This document shows, piece after piece, positions 11,656-24,300 of a stretch of DNA of 64,000 bases. A program made the position numbers and the translations under genes. Numbering within the stretch: the stretch's first letter is position 1; the number at the start of each line of letters is the position of its first letter. The DNA lies in the NCBI GenBank assembly GCA_951406725.2, contig OX597824.1:32302001-32366000 (forward strand). Direction: 5' to 3'. The notes beneath the pieces were generated by a model. That model was not told where the DNA came from. It searched no databases and saw only the letters and a program-made list of their open reading frames with translations. This stretch comes from Octopus vulgaris. Lineage: Eukaryota.

Positions 11656-13676
11656 GATAACAACAACAACAACAATAATAATCATTCCTACTACATGTAC
11701 AATGCCTGAAATTTGGGGAAGGGAGATAATCGATTACATTGACCCCAATACTCAAGTGGTACTTATTTTATCGACGCCGAAAGGAATTTATGGGGCCATG
11801 GTTCAAATCATTCCCTTCAGCCATAGTTCTTCGCCTTTATTGAACCAGTTCTTTTCAGTTCATTCGTCAACAGATATTCCCATATATTCTATTTGCTCCA
11901 AACGTATTTTTCTTCAGAGATCCCTTCAATCATCCACTGACCCTTTATCTGATGTTCCCCATATGAAAACTTTTTTTACTCTTCTTTACTACTGCCCACT
12001 TATCTATGACCTATTTATTGATCTCTTTTTAACGTCAAGGCTCATGGCTCAGTGGTTAGAGCGTCGGGCTCACAGTCATGAGGTAGTGAGTTCGATTCCC
12101 GGACAGGGCTGTGCGTTGTGTTCTCAAGCAAGACATTTTACCTCACGTTGCTCCAGTTCACTCAGCTGTAGAAATGAATTGCGACGTCACTGGTGCCAAG
12201 CTGTATCGGCCTTTGCCTTTTTCTTGGATAGCATCAGTGACGTGGAGAGGGGAGACTGGTATTGTTCAGACTTGTGCCTCGGAGGGTAAACTCCAAGGTG
12301 CAATTCTATGGCCATTCATGACCTAAGGAGTTTTTACCCTATTTATTGATATCTTTTAATAATGGTTGATAATGCGAGTTCATCAAACAGTTATTTAAAA
12401 ATGCCCCTACGACACTCATTTTCGAATATATTCAACATTTGTTTTATTGGTTTGGTAACTTACCAGCTTTTATCAGCCAAAAACAAAAAAAAATTGATGA
12501 TCGTATAACGAAGGCGTTACTCACTTTTGTTACTATTAGGCAGATTATATATTTCCTATTTCAATTGAAAGTCTATATCACCTTATCATCTTTAGATACG
12601 GAAATATCTAACGGTCCCACAACGGTATTTGAATGAATTTTTATCCATTCCACATAGGTCAGCTCCTCAAGATGATATGTGGATAATTCCTTAAAAACGT
12701 TAGATTTGATACCCTTAAAGTAATATTAGTATACACGTACAGAAGTAGTGAGGAGATGATAGCAAGCTGTGTCCAAACATTGCTAGTTTGCAAAATAAAA
12801 AATTTCTTAACATCAAGAGGAACGTTATTACCATCATCAAATGTTGATGGATAAGTCTGCTGTTAGCTTCATTTAATTGAATTATTTTTAATTTCAACTT
12901 ATATGATATTAATGCAATGGTTAATTTCTTTTGCAACAAATTATTTCGGATATACTTCCTCATGTTTCGAAGCAATTCAAAAAAATTTTCACCAAAATTA
13001 TTAAAGTACGAAACATAGTCGATGTTCTTTCCATTTCAAACGTGAAATCTTCGAGACCAAGCAATTTAGTATTGTTACTACAATAACTTTTACTTTGTAA
13101 TGCGTATACGACACAATGGCTAGGGAGCATTTAAAAAATGGGAGATAGCTCAATTGGAAATCCCATAAGATTCATAATAAAGTAACACGGAAGTTCATTC
13201 GATAACAACTAGTTTGGTGCCACGGGAGGAATTTCATTTATCAAAACCTCTTTAAAAAAGAAACCGATTGGAAACATTGAAATACTGGTTGGTAGTATTT
13301 TAAAACATGAATTTTGTTTTTAGAATTGATCTTTGAATAACATTTCTGTCTGCGGAAGCTGTTACTTCGTTTTGTAAAACAATAAAACGCCGAATGTGCA
13401 AAACTAAAACTTTCTCGTTGGAATTTCAGCGTCGAATTATTTGTCAAATGATACGTCAGATGTAACAAAAAAAAAAAAAAAAAAAAGAAACCTGCCGTAC
13501 TTTTCGGAATAGTTGTTCTACATAAGTCGGAATTTCTGCTTCTTTTTTTCTTTTAATAGCACATTTCAAAACAATGGAGATACGAGAAGCTGTTAAAACA
13601 AATTTAAATCCATGTTTTTCAAACGTTTCCTTGTTGCATTAGTTATGTCAAAAACCTGGTGTCAGTTTATATACAA

Positions 13677-16600
13677 CTAGCTGAGGTACCCGGCATTGCT
13701 CGGGGTGTGAACGCTTTGAATACTTATTTTCTTGTCTAACGACCAGCGTCGCGAAGTGCTTTTGAAAAACGTACAGAATTCCATGCCAAAACGTACCAAA
13801 ATTCACAAAAAATGTACAAAATATTTTTGAAACATGTCACAACCGCGAAAAATAGAGAAAAATACGGTTTTTCTTAGAAAATCTGAAATATATGGGTGTA
13901 TAATGACTTGAAATTGATGAAAATACATTTTTTTTTTCTAGTTTCAGCTCAGAGCTGCGGCCATGCTGATGCACCGCCGTTAAAAAGAAAGAATATTGAA
14001 ATCTAACATTTCTAAAACGTACAATACAGTCAATTTTTCAGTAAAAGCATACAGAACTGTACAAACTTGCCAACTTCGGCAGCGCTGCTAACGAACCCTC
14101 CAGGTGAAGTCCTGCCACAGAGAGTGTTTGCCCTTGCGATTTGTTGCTCGACATCGCAAAACTCACACGAACAGAATGACCGCCTCAATAACACGTGGCA
14201 CCATCTTCTTCACCACCAGTCGTGCCGCGTTGAACAGTCTCAGAGGATCCAAATTCTTCAGCAGCATTATTGGAATGCCCACTTTCAGTCCCAATCTGTG
14301 GGAAGGGAGACCCGGAGGTTCCAATGAATTGAAGAATTCTGTGCGGGATTTGGTGTTGTATCAACTGACTTGAAGACTTGCGGAATTCCAGGCATGAACT
14401 GCAGCAGCTGCTCATTGATATTATTGACATGGATATTATTGACAATTGATATATATATTGACATTGTCAATATTATTGACACTGATATTATTGATATTAT
14501 TAGTGGGTTTTTTTTGAGCAAGTATTGCCTTTTCGCATAGCCAACTGAGATTCTTGTAATTTTCCCTCAGATTGGGAAACACAACAGATTTGAGATCATT
14601 AACGGTACTAATGATGGTGCAAACTGGTCTGAGTGGAATTTCTTGCCTTCACCAGGAGTCAAAATATCTTCAGCAAATTTTGCCGACAGTTGGTCACCGT
14701 ACAGTTGAGCTCTCATGTTAGTGTTAAGACGCAATATTGTGACCTGGTGTCATAATGGAGAGGACTTAAGACACACTCGGACTTCATCCGCCCTGGTTCC
14801 TTTGGGAATTACTGTAAGAGTTTGCCTGAAATCCCCAGGTAATAAAAGTGTGACACCTCCTCCCACCATGGGATCCTGACAGTCCCTGATGTCTAAAGCT
14901 TCATGAGCTCCTTTGTGTGTCATGGTGCATTCATCCAACACAACGAGCTGACACCTTCTCAGCACTTTTCCATTATCTGAGCTCTTACTGATGTGACAAG
15001 TAGGAATGTCAAATCTTGTCATATAGAGAGGAAGCTTAAATGTAGAATGTGCTGTCCTGCCACCAGGCAGTAAAATCTCCGCAACCCCATCTCCGCAATA
15101 TCTAATGCGATGCCCTTGTGCTGTCTAACTTTGGCTAGGAGAAGCTTTGTTACGTATGTTTTTCCTGTCCCCCCCCCCTGGAGCATCCAGGAAAAATATG
15201 CCTCCTCTTCGGTAGAGCACACAGTCAACAATAATGCGGTAAGAGCGTTGCTGGTCAGGAAGCAATTTAGGCTCAGTTTGGATGACATATCTCGTGAGAG
15301 CCTCAATGTCGTAGGACGTTTCTTGAAGAATGTATGTGGGAAGAGAATTCGAAGTTTCCCGTAGTGTTTGGGGCAAACCATATGTAGGAAGAGCATTTCC
15401 ACCCATTGAAACAATCTTGTCCTCTATATCGATCAACACAAGCTTGTAGACTCCATCACTGAAGCCTACTTCTATGCCGGGCAACTGCATTTGTGCCTCT
15501 TTTTTGCCATTCCACAGTGTACATGTCACATTTCACATGTCCAAGTACCTGACTTTTTATGATGAAGTCCAACAGTTTAATCAACTTTAACCGAAAGACT
15601 CTGGCCATGAGGACATGCTTGTCTTTGGGTTTTTGACCCGCAAAGAGTTCACTACTGCCACTAAGGATTGCATATGAAGGCGATAAATAGATCAGGTCTC
15701 CCATAATGCCGCACATATGTCATTGTACTCTGGGTCCTCTCATGCATATAGCGGGGACCTCCTGTAAAAGTAGATAGAAGAATGCAAACTTGTCCAATGT
15801 TTCTGGGAGCTGCATCATTGTCGATACTACTTCGAAGATGGATGTAGCTGTCACAACGCAGCCTTTTCTGATTTTTTTTTATGAACCCCAATCTCTCAGA
15901 CTCCATTTTTGCATTCATATCAACTGCAAATTGGTGGTAGAGTTCCTGCGACCTGTGTAGGTGGTTGAAGCAGTTGTTGCATGTCAAAGCGGTCCGTGCA
16001 TGAAACTGTTTTGTTGATTTGCTCTCCAGCATTGTTAGTGCTACGCTTTGGAATGCCAAAATGGTAACCGTTCTCACCATGTACAAAGAGAAGGGGATAC
16101 TGAAGTGCATCGTAGGATCTCTGTGTTTCAGTGGTCCTTTGTATTGTATTCTCTCAACGATTGAGAACAATGTCTCTGCTCTTGTATTGGTCACCATGGA
16201 AGACAACAGCAATCCCATTGCATGTGGGTGCATTATAGCAGCCTGCATGTTCCCCAGATTGTCTTTGCTCAGCGTTTATTACAACGGTAAAATTTGGTGT
16301 AGTTTCTGTTTCCAAAGCATACCTGAGGCTTTGGACATAGCTGTTTCTAAAATGCATCATCTTCTAAAGTGGCAGAATGAGCTCCAGGTGAAATGGAGTT
16401 TCGCCTGCTTGCTTGCTGATGGTAGTTCCCAACAAAGTACAGCTGAAGAAATCGAGGTTCTTCATTTTTCAGAGGCTGGAATGATCCAATCCTGTGATAC
16501 GCCTGTCCTTGCACTTTAAAAGTGGGTATAAATCCATCCTCTCTGACAATATTTGCCCCAAAAGAGGTCATTTGAAAAGCGCAATTGTACTTTCGAATGT

Positions 16601-18020
16601 TATCCAAGAAGTACTTCGACTCTGCTGTTGTACCTGCAAGTAGAAGCTTCAACGGCTGTGGTGGATCTTCAAGGAGGCGGGCAATTGGACCTTCTCGTTG
16701 GAGCAGCACATTCCGAAATTTTCTCCTGACCATCTTTTGGCGTTTCAGAACTGGCAAGTAAATGACATATCACCGATCTGAATATCTGGATAGATGGCAT
16801 AGTTGACATTGGGATCATAGTGGAATGCTTTTAAGAGCCACTGTGAATTGCAGGGTTTAGAAATGCCCCGGGCATTACCTCTTCTCTGAACATTATTCCC
16901 AAGCCTACTACTTCGATCTTCTACAGTCTCTGCAGTTCGCGCAGCAGCAGTTGCTGTAGCATCTCTATTCTGGCGAATGGCACTGTTCTCCGTCCTCTGA
17001 ACCTCGTGCAGCTGCAGCATTCCTAGTATGGCGAATGGCGCGCTGTTTTTCGTTGTCTGCAGCTCGCGCAGCTGCAGTTGCTGTAGCATCCCTTGTACGA
17101 CGAATAATGTGCTGTGACTGACTCAGGTTAGCATGTACTGAAGCTGTTAATGAAGCATTTCCGATCTGGCGACTGCTAAGCAGCTCCTCACTTTCCATAG
17201 CTCTTGCGGTGGTTGTGCAAGCAGCATTTTGTGAATGTCTTCGTGCAGTCTCATGCGAGGATTCATTTGCTCTCCTTCTCTTCGATGCTTCTGCTGGGGT
17301 GGTTTTGCGACCAATACGGGGTCTTTTCTTAGGTAGCATTATCTCAGAGTTTAGAAGCTTCAATTACAAAATGCAGATGTGGAAAAAGTAAATTTAAATA
17401 CACGGAGTGCAAAAACTTTAGAGACAGAAAACGGAGAATATCGGTTGAAAACTGCAAAAGTTTTTTTTAGAGAAAAAAAACCCCGTGCGAAACATTTTTT
17501 CTACAGTTTCTCGCTTTAAGCAAGAGCTCTGGGGAAAACGTTATAATGCATGACCATGCTTGGCACATAAGTAATGTGCGTGTAAAGTTTGGCGAAAATC
17601 GGTTGAAACTGTGCAGTGTTGCTGGTGCTATGTATGTAAAGATGTTGTTGATGAAGTCGGTGAGAGACATAATGGTCGCGGTGAAGATGGAGGTCGCTGT
17701 AATGCTGTTGGATGGGTGTTGTCTGGCGGAGTCACTGGAACTGGCTGTGTCATGTGGTCGGTGGCTAAACCTTAGAAGGTCTGGAACCAAAGACCTCGAG
17801 ACAAGGAGAAGCTGAATATTTATAAGTAACAGTAGGCTCAAAATTGGATTGTGAACAGACTGTCGCACGTGATCTTATTTAGGGACTTCGATTGATTAGG
17901 TAGCATATTGGCGTGATAGAGTAAGAGACAAATTGCGCCAATACCAATCAGTCAGAGTCCAAACAGCCGCCAAAGGATCTGCTACGTTCGGATGTATATA
18001 TATATATAATAAAGGAGAGA
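13677..18020 (-). mobile_element. Decayed autonomous Helitron (Rep/PIF1 helicase pseudogene, frameshifted and internally deleted)
   Basis: Fragments FLDNIRKYNCAFQMTSFG, FKVQGQAYHRIGS, FTGGPRYM...YGRPDLF, VEWQKRG, FFLDAPGGxTGKT (Walker A), LDECTM, GDFRQ, KSQGQTL; 3' hairpin CCCGAGCAATGCCGGG then CTAG|T at 13677; TC-rich/TATATA 5' end near 18020 (approximate). Confidence 0.92.
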
Positions 18021-18656
18021 GGAAGTCCACTAGAATTAGCTACAAACAGCCCCTCTTCCACGAGTCATTTTGTGGGAGACAAAATAGACGATAAAAAGAA
18101 GATATTTTTGTAGCGAAGAGGTGAACAAAGTTGCGTAGCCAGCAAAACTTGATGTGCAAATGTGATGAACCTACGTCCAGCTAAGTGGAAATCACGAGAA
18201 TGCAAAAAAATCAAGGTATCAAGGTACATGAGAGAAGAATATTGGCTGCAATGAGAATGAGCAGTGCCAAGAATTTGCCTGCAAAACAGCGAGTTGTTTG
18301 CAGAGGCAAAGGCTGTAGGTGCTAGAAAAGCGACAGTGACTAACGAAGCTAGTCAAGCCATAAAGATGGTGGCAAAAGAAAGCAGTTCCAACATACAAGA
18401 AACTTGGTGTTGATCAGGCACCAAAGGAAGAAAAAAATGGAACGCCGCGTGATGCAAAGAAAAATGCGTTTATAAGAGGTGGTTTGTGCGTCCTACAAAC
18501 CAGCAAAGAAACGCATGACAAAAACACGTAAGGAGCTTTTATTCTTATTGCCAGATGAAAAAAGGCTGGAGAAAAACATTCTGCTAGAATAAACTTAGAA
18601 ATGCATCGTGTTATTTTGAGTGAATGCGTATGTAGTTTACGCTTAGTGAAATTCGC

Positions 18657-18915
18657 TCTCTCTCTGTTATATATACATGAATACGGACGTAGTAGATAAC
18701 AGCTAGCCTTCGGCCGCCCTTTTGCACCCTGTTGTGTCCACTACTCTGATTGGTTGGTATTGGTGCACTTTTGTCTCTTGCTCTGTTACGCACCAGTGCG
18801 CAACCCAACCAATCACAGCCTTCTGATTAGGTCACGAGAGACAGTGTCTTCCAAACATTCCGGTGAGCCGATAGTACACTATAAAATACAAGCTTCAACA
18901 CCGTCTTTCATCTTT
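18657..18915 (+). mobile_element. Truncated 5' end of a related Helitron-like element, head-to-head with the element at 13677-18020
   Basis: Imperfect reverse complement of 17812-18022 (e.g. actctgattggttggtattggtgcacttttgtctc); begins TCTCTCTCTGTTATATATAC. Confidence 0.5.
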
Positions 18916-18916
18916 G

Positions 18917-20804
18917 GCTGTATCCAACCCAAATATTCTAGCTGTTTTATGTTAAAATTCCCTACAATGTCATTCTAAAAATATACAAACACACTATTGG
19001 AATCTTGAAGCTACAAAATGCATGATTAATTCAAAACAGTGAATAAATAAGCATTGCATTTGACTGAATTATTTGAAATGCCAAAGGTCTAAAGGAGAAA
19101 TTGCTCTTGTCAATGATGTCATCACTGTAAACATCCTGTAGCTTTCTGTGGATGTCAGACAGCCAGCACCTCTATTTTGTCTGTCAATGATGACATGTTG
19201 CTTCTGCTTGGAACTTGTTTTTTGCCTACAATTAAGGAGAACAGAATGAAGAGTTACTGCAGAGGATGAGCATCTGTATCTCTACCAACATGTACAATTT
19301 GAAAGGCCTGTGTGAGTTAATAAACGGTTATGCCTACTTTTGGATTGCTTTCATTTCAAACATCATACATGTGTGTTTGTGTGTGTGTGTGTGTGTAGAC
19401 ACATAAGATGAAATAACTTGCCAAAGTTTAATGCAGTTTCAATTTCTAGATTAAGATAGTTTGGTATTGGATATTCTTCACGTATAGTTTTCCTAGTCAA
19501 GTGAATCACCATCGTAAGTGGACATTAGAAATAAATAGACGAAATCCATTCACTTTTATAAAAAGATTAAAAAGAAAATGATGGCAAAATACTCGTTTTT
19601 TCACAATGAAAAATCGTTTCCTAATAACAGGAATTTCGCGACAAAAAGTATGTTTATTAAGCACAACAGCCTGCAGTGCATGCCGTTGGGCATTAAAAGC
19701 CAATCGCACAATCCAGGCCCATACTTTTGCCATCCTGTACAATCTTTTCTTCTTTTCTATACGACACCAAAAGTAAAGAAATCAATTAACCACATGTTTG
19801 TCAATTTTTTTTCACCAAAAACTTAGATTTTTTTCCCCACTTTTGTCATTCTGTAAAAATTCTTTTCTTTACGACATAGAAATTAAGAGAAAAATAGGTT
19901 TTTTCGTTACAACATAACGATTAAATTAATAAAGAGAAAAATATTCTTTTCTAAAGATCTTGCCTGGAACGATCATATCAGATCTTGGAGTAAATTAACA
20001 TTTATTTACCTTCTCAGGTTTTATTCATTATTAAAAAAAAAACAACATATATTGCATGCCTTACAAACCAGAAGAGAGCCCTCAATACAAAGTTGGATCA
20101 TAATAGCCCAACAAACAAAAGAGGCTGCTTTAGTTCTATTTTGGCTAGTGACAGGTTACAGTTTGGATCTGTTACTATTGGGTTGTCCGGAAAGTTCATG
20201 CCAATTTTTAAAGGACTGAAAAAGGTCAATAAATTTCTTGCCATTACATTTCTAATCAACCAAATATGAACCATTTTGTTGCCCAATGCGTCTCCATCTT
20301 TCCTTTAACTTGAAAATACCCTCTTCCCAGAATTGAGGTGGTTTCATGGCAAAGAATTCATCAACGTGATTTACGTCATCTAAGGAATTGAAATTTTTAT
20401 CATTGAGACTATTCTGCAGAGACCTGAAGAAGTGGAAATCCAAAGGAACAATATCTGGTGAATATGGAGAGTGGGGTAACACATCCCAGCCGATCTGCAG
20501 CAATTTTTGTCTGGTTCCCAAAGCATCAAGTGCAGAAAATGAACTTTCTTATCTTCCATTTTAAAGGGTTACAGAATTAATGCAGGTTATAGGAACATAA
20601 ACCTTCTTCAACGAAAAGATAAGCTTAAACTGTGCTGTAAATGGAGGTATAGTCAGATCCTATTTTATGGACTCAACCTTGTTCTAAAATAAGTCGAAAT
20701 GTAAGCTACTATAAATCGGCACGAACTTTCCGGACAACCAAATAAATCAACTGCCATGAAGGTTGGTTCTCAATACTGATTGCACCATTATTTCATCTTA
20801 TGTG

Positions 20805-20848
<44 letters not shown>

Positions 20849-21322
20849 ACACACACACACAAACACACATGTATGATGTTTGAAATGAAAGCAATCCAAA
20901 AGTAGGCATAACCGTTTATTAACTCACACAGGCCTTTCAAACTGTACATGTTGGTAGAGATACAGATGCTCATCCTCTGCAGTAACTCTTCATTCTGTTC
21001 TCCTTAATTGTAGGCAAAAAACAAGTTCCAAGCAGAAGCAACATGTCATCATTGACAGACAGAATAGTGGTGCTGGCTGTCTGACATCCACAGAAAGCTA
21101 CAGGATGTTTACAGTGATGACATCATTGACAAGAGCAATTTCTCCTTTAGACCTTTGGCATTTCAAATAATTCAGTCAAATGCAATGCTTATTTATTCAC
21201 TGTTTTGAATTAATCATGCCTTTTGTAGCTTCAAGATTCCAATAGTGTGTTTGTATATTTTTAGAATGACATTGTAGGGAATTTTAACATAAAACAGCTA
21301 GAATATTTGGGTTGGATACAGC
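18917..21322. repeat. Long inverted duplication: arms 18917-19416 and 20788-21322, 1371-bp spacer
   Basis: Arms are reverse complements with about 4 substitutions plus a different (CA)n length. Confidence 0.95.
20178..20742 (-). mobile_element. Internally deleted mariner element (565 bp)
   Basis: TA TSDs; TIR TTGGGTTGTCCGGAAAGTTC; transposase C-terminus [27 protein letters not shown]. Confidence 0.92.
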
Positions 21323-24300
21323 TGGATGAAATGCTAAAGAGTTAGACTTCTTCAGATAAACGAAGTTTAACCGTTTAGTTTTCACATTATTCTGCGAAAA
21401 TTAATGCTTTTTCATCCACATTGTTTTGAACTAATCATGCATTATCTTGTAGCTATGAGATTTTGATGAGGTAGCTGTTGATTTTTAAAATGATATTGTA
21501 GGGTTGGTGTGAGAGACCAGATCTGGTCAGTTTAAACATAAAACAAGCTGAATACTTTTGGCCGGATATGGCCAGTGTTTGAATAGGAACCTCTTCTAAG
21601 TTGGTTTTAGTTATTTAAAAGATTTTTTAAAAAGAAATATACACACATGTGTATAAACCATGTTTGTATGTGATTTTTGTTTTTCTTTTTAATTCGAAGT
21701 GGAAAGAAGTGTATTTTTACTTCTAAATAAAATCAGCTTCAAAGAATAACATACAAAGGATCCCATGAGCATTAAAGTAGCAAAGGTAAATTGTTACTTT
21801 TCTGATAACTAAAACAATGTAAGCTGTTTGAAATGCTAAAAGGTTAAAGAACTGGAAACCATCCTTGAAGACAAACTATACAGAAGGAGACCAACTGCAA
21901 CACTTGACAAGCATCACCAGTAGTTGGGAGAATTTATTTGTGCCAATAGATGAGTGACAATCCTTGAGTTTTCTGGATGACAGGACTGTTGTCAAATATG
22001 CATTGCAGAAGATGTTGGAATTCCGTAGTTATTGGAAAGTCTGTGTGAAGTAGGTTTCTCGGCAGCCGGTAAATGATTTGAAAGAGAGAAGGACAGAAAT
22101 CTGGTCTTAACTGCTGGAAACATTTAAGGCAATGAAGATGTATCTTTTATCTTTTACTTGTTTAATAAATTAGGTTGCGACCATGCTGGGGCACCACCTC
22201 AAAGAATTTTAGTTAAATGAATTGACACCAATGCTTATGTTCTTTTTAAGCTTGGTACTCATTCTAAGTACAAAGAAACACACACACACATACATATAAT
22301 ATATATATATATATATTTCTTTACTACCCACAAGGGGCTAAACTCAGAGGGGACAAACAAGGACAGACAAACGGATTAAGTTGATTACATCGGCCCCAGT
22401 GCATAACTGGTACTTAATTTATCGACCTCGGTGGAATTTGAACCCAGAACATAATGGCAGACGAAATATGGCTATGCATTTTGCCTGGCATGCTAACGTT
22501 TCTGCCAGCTCGCCGCACATACATATATATATATATACATATATATAGTCCTACCCATACATGCATGGACGATGGATGTTAAACAATGTTAAATGACGAT
22601 GATGTTGATATTTATATACATACACATATATGATGATCTTCTTTCAGTTTCTGTTTACCATATTCACTCACAAAGCTTTGGTCAGCTCAAGGCTAGAGTA
22701 GGTGACACTTGCCCAAGGTTCCACACAGTGTGACTGAACCTAGATCCATGTGATTGGGAAGTAAATTTCTTACCACATAACCATGCCTGTGTCCATGTTA
22801 TTTTTCCTGATCTGGTGACAAGAGATGCAACTTGGCCTTATGTTTATGATCCAGAAACAAATGACTTAATCCATAGAACAGAGACAGGGTCATCATTTGA
22901 AATGACTGTCATAAGTTTTTTGAGTGTTTTGAATGGACTATTGTAAATAAATTAAACAGATCTTCTATTAGTTGCAATTATGAGCATTTTGGCTGTTTGA
23001 TTACCAGAACTGTCTCCTCAGTGTATTGGTGTATATAAAAGGTTGACAATTCTACAGACACAAGGGTCCTTAATGTAATACTCAATCACAATCAGTGTGG
23101 CACTGTGTGATGACAATGCTGGTTTTTGAATTTCATATCCCATTCATCTGACTGGCTTCACATATTATGCTCATTCAGTTTTATTCACAGGACTGCTAGA
23201 AAACTATGGCAGAAGACATATGGGATAAGTGAAAGTTATGGCAGAAGATTATGGTAGAAGGCTCTGAGAGAAGTGAGTTCTGCTAGAAGGTTATGGTAGA
23301 AGACATTTGCCCCAAATACTTCATAGTAGGATCAAACTTAGAACATCATTTGGCATATTTTTTTTTACTGGTTAAAAAGCCCAAAGTCAAGATCTGTTAA
23401 CTGTGCTGATAGAAAGCTGAAGACAACCTTCTCTCTTATTGTAACCTTCTCTTGGTCAGTGAATTTGACTTCAGCATGGCAGCTTACAAATCATTAGACA
23501 CACAGTTGCCCTCAGCCCCCCTGTTCACCTCTGAATTGACAAATACTTGCTGAAGAAGAAGAAAAATTACAAGATTGGACAAAGTAATTTCTAAACAACT
23601 TTTTAATCAGTTTGTCTTGATTTTTTTTTAGTCATGTAAGATTTTTACAGTTGTGTAAGATATTGTGTAAAAAGTCAAACAGCGAAAGTTTATTTGGCAC
23701 ATTTCCAAAGAAACAGCCAACTGATGGAATTAAATGTTTGTAAAGAAAGGTTTCATAAGTTTACAAGTTAGAGTGTGACAAAATATATTCTTAATTTCTT
23801 TGCTGTCCATCTTAGTTTATTATGGTAGGGAATGGTTGGTGGTGGTTGAAGAGAAAGTGGGAAAGAAAAATTTTCATGGAAAGAAAGAGTGAAAATAATT
23901 ATTTCTTAATTAGGCAAGAAATGTTAAAAGGTACAAAGTTAGGAATATGAAAAGTTGTAATAGTTGTACCTTTGTGACTGGAAACTGCGTTACAAACTTA
24001 ATATTCCAAGAATATACTGCTGTACCATGATGGCAGCCATAGAGAATCAAAATGATATCACAAGTGCATTTGTATTTCTGTTTTAGTCCTCCACAATTGA
24101 TATGTGGCATAAAAAACGTAAGAACCATTGAGTTATTATCCTAATTAGAATAATTCTAGATTGTTATTTAAAAGAAATAGAGAGAAAAACTTTATTTGTA
24201 GTTGTTAATCTAGTTCTGCTTCTCACTTCAAGAAAACCTATTGAAAAATATATCACACTATCAAATCATACGATATTGTGCTATTACTTGTATTAGTTTA

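Noticed and set aside
11639-12289. 216-aa plus-strand ORF
   Set aside because: Runs across a microsatellite and two SINEs; a chance open frame.
12360-13130. Stretch resembling decayed coding sequence on minus
   Set aside because: Multiple stops and frameshifts and no recognisable motif; cannot be assigned.
16019-16519. Plus-strand ORFs over the Helitron, and the 10744-11175 minus ORF
   Set aside because: Antisense shadows of TE coding sequence.
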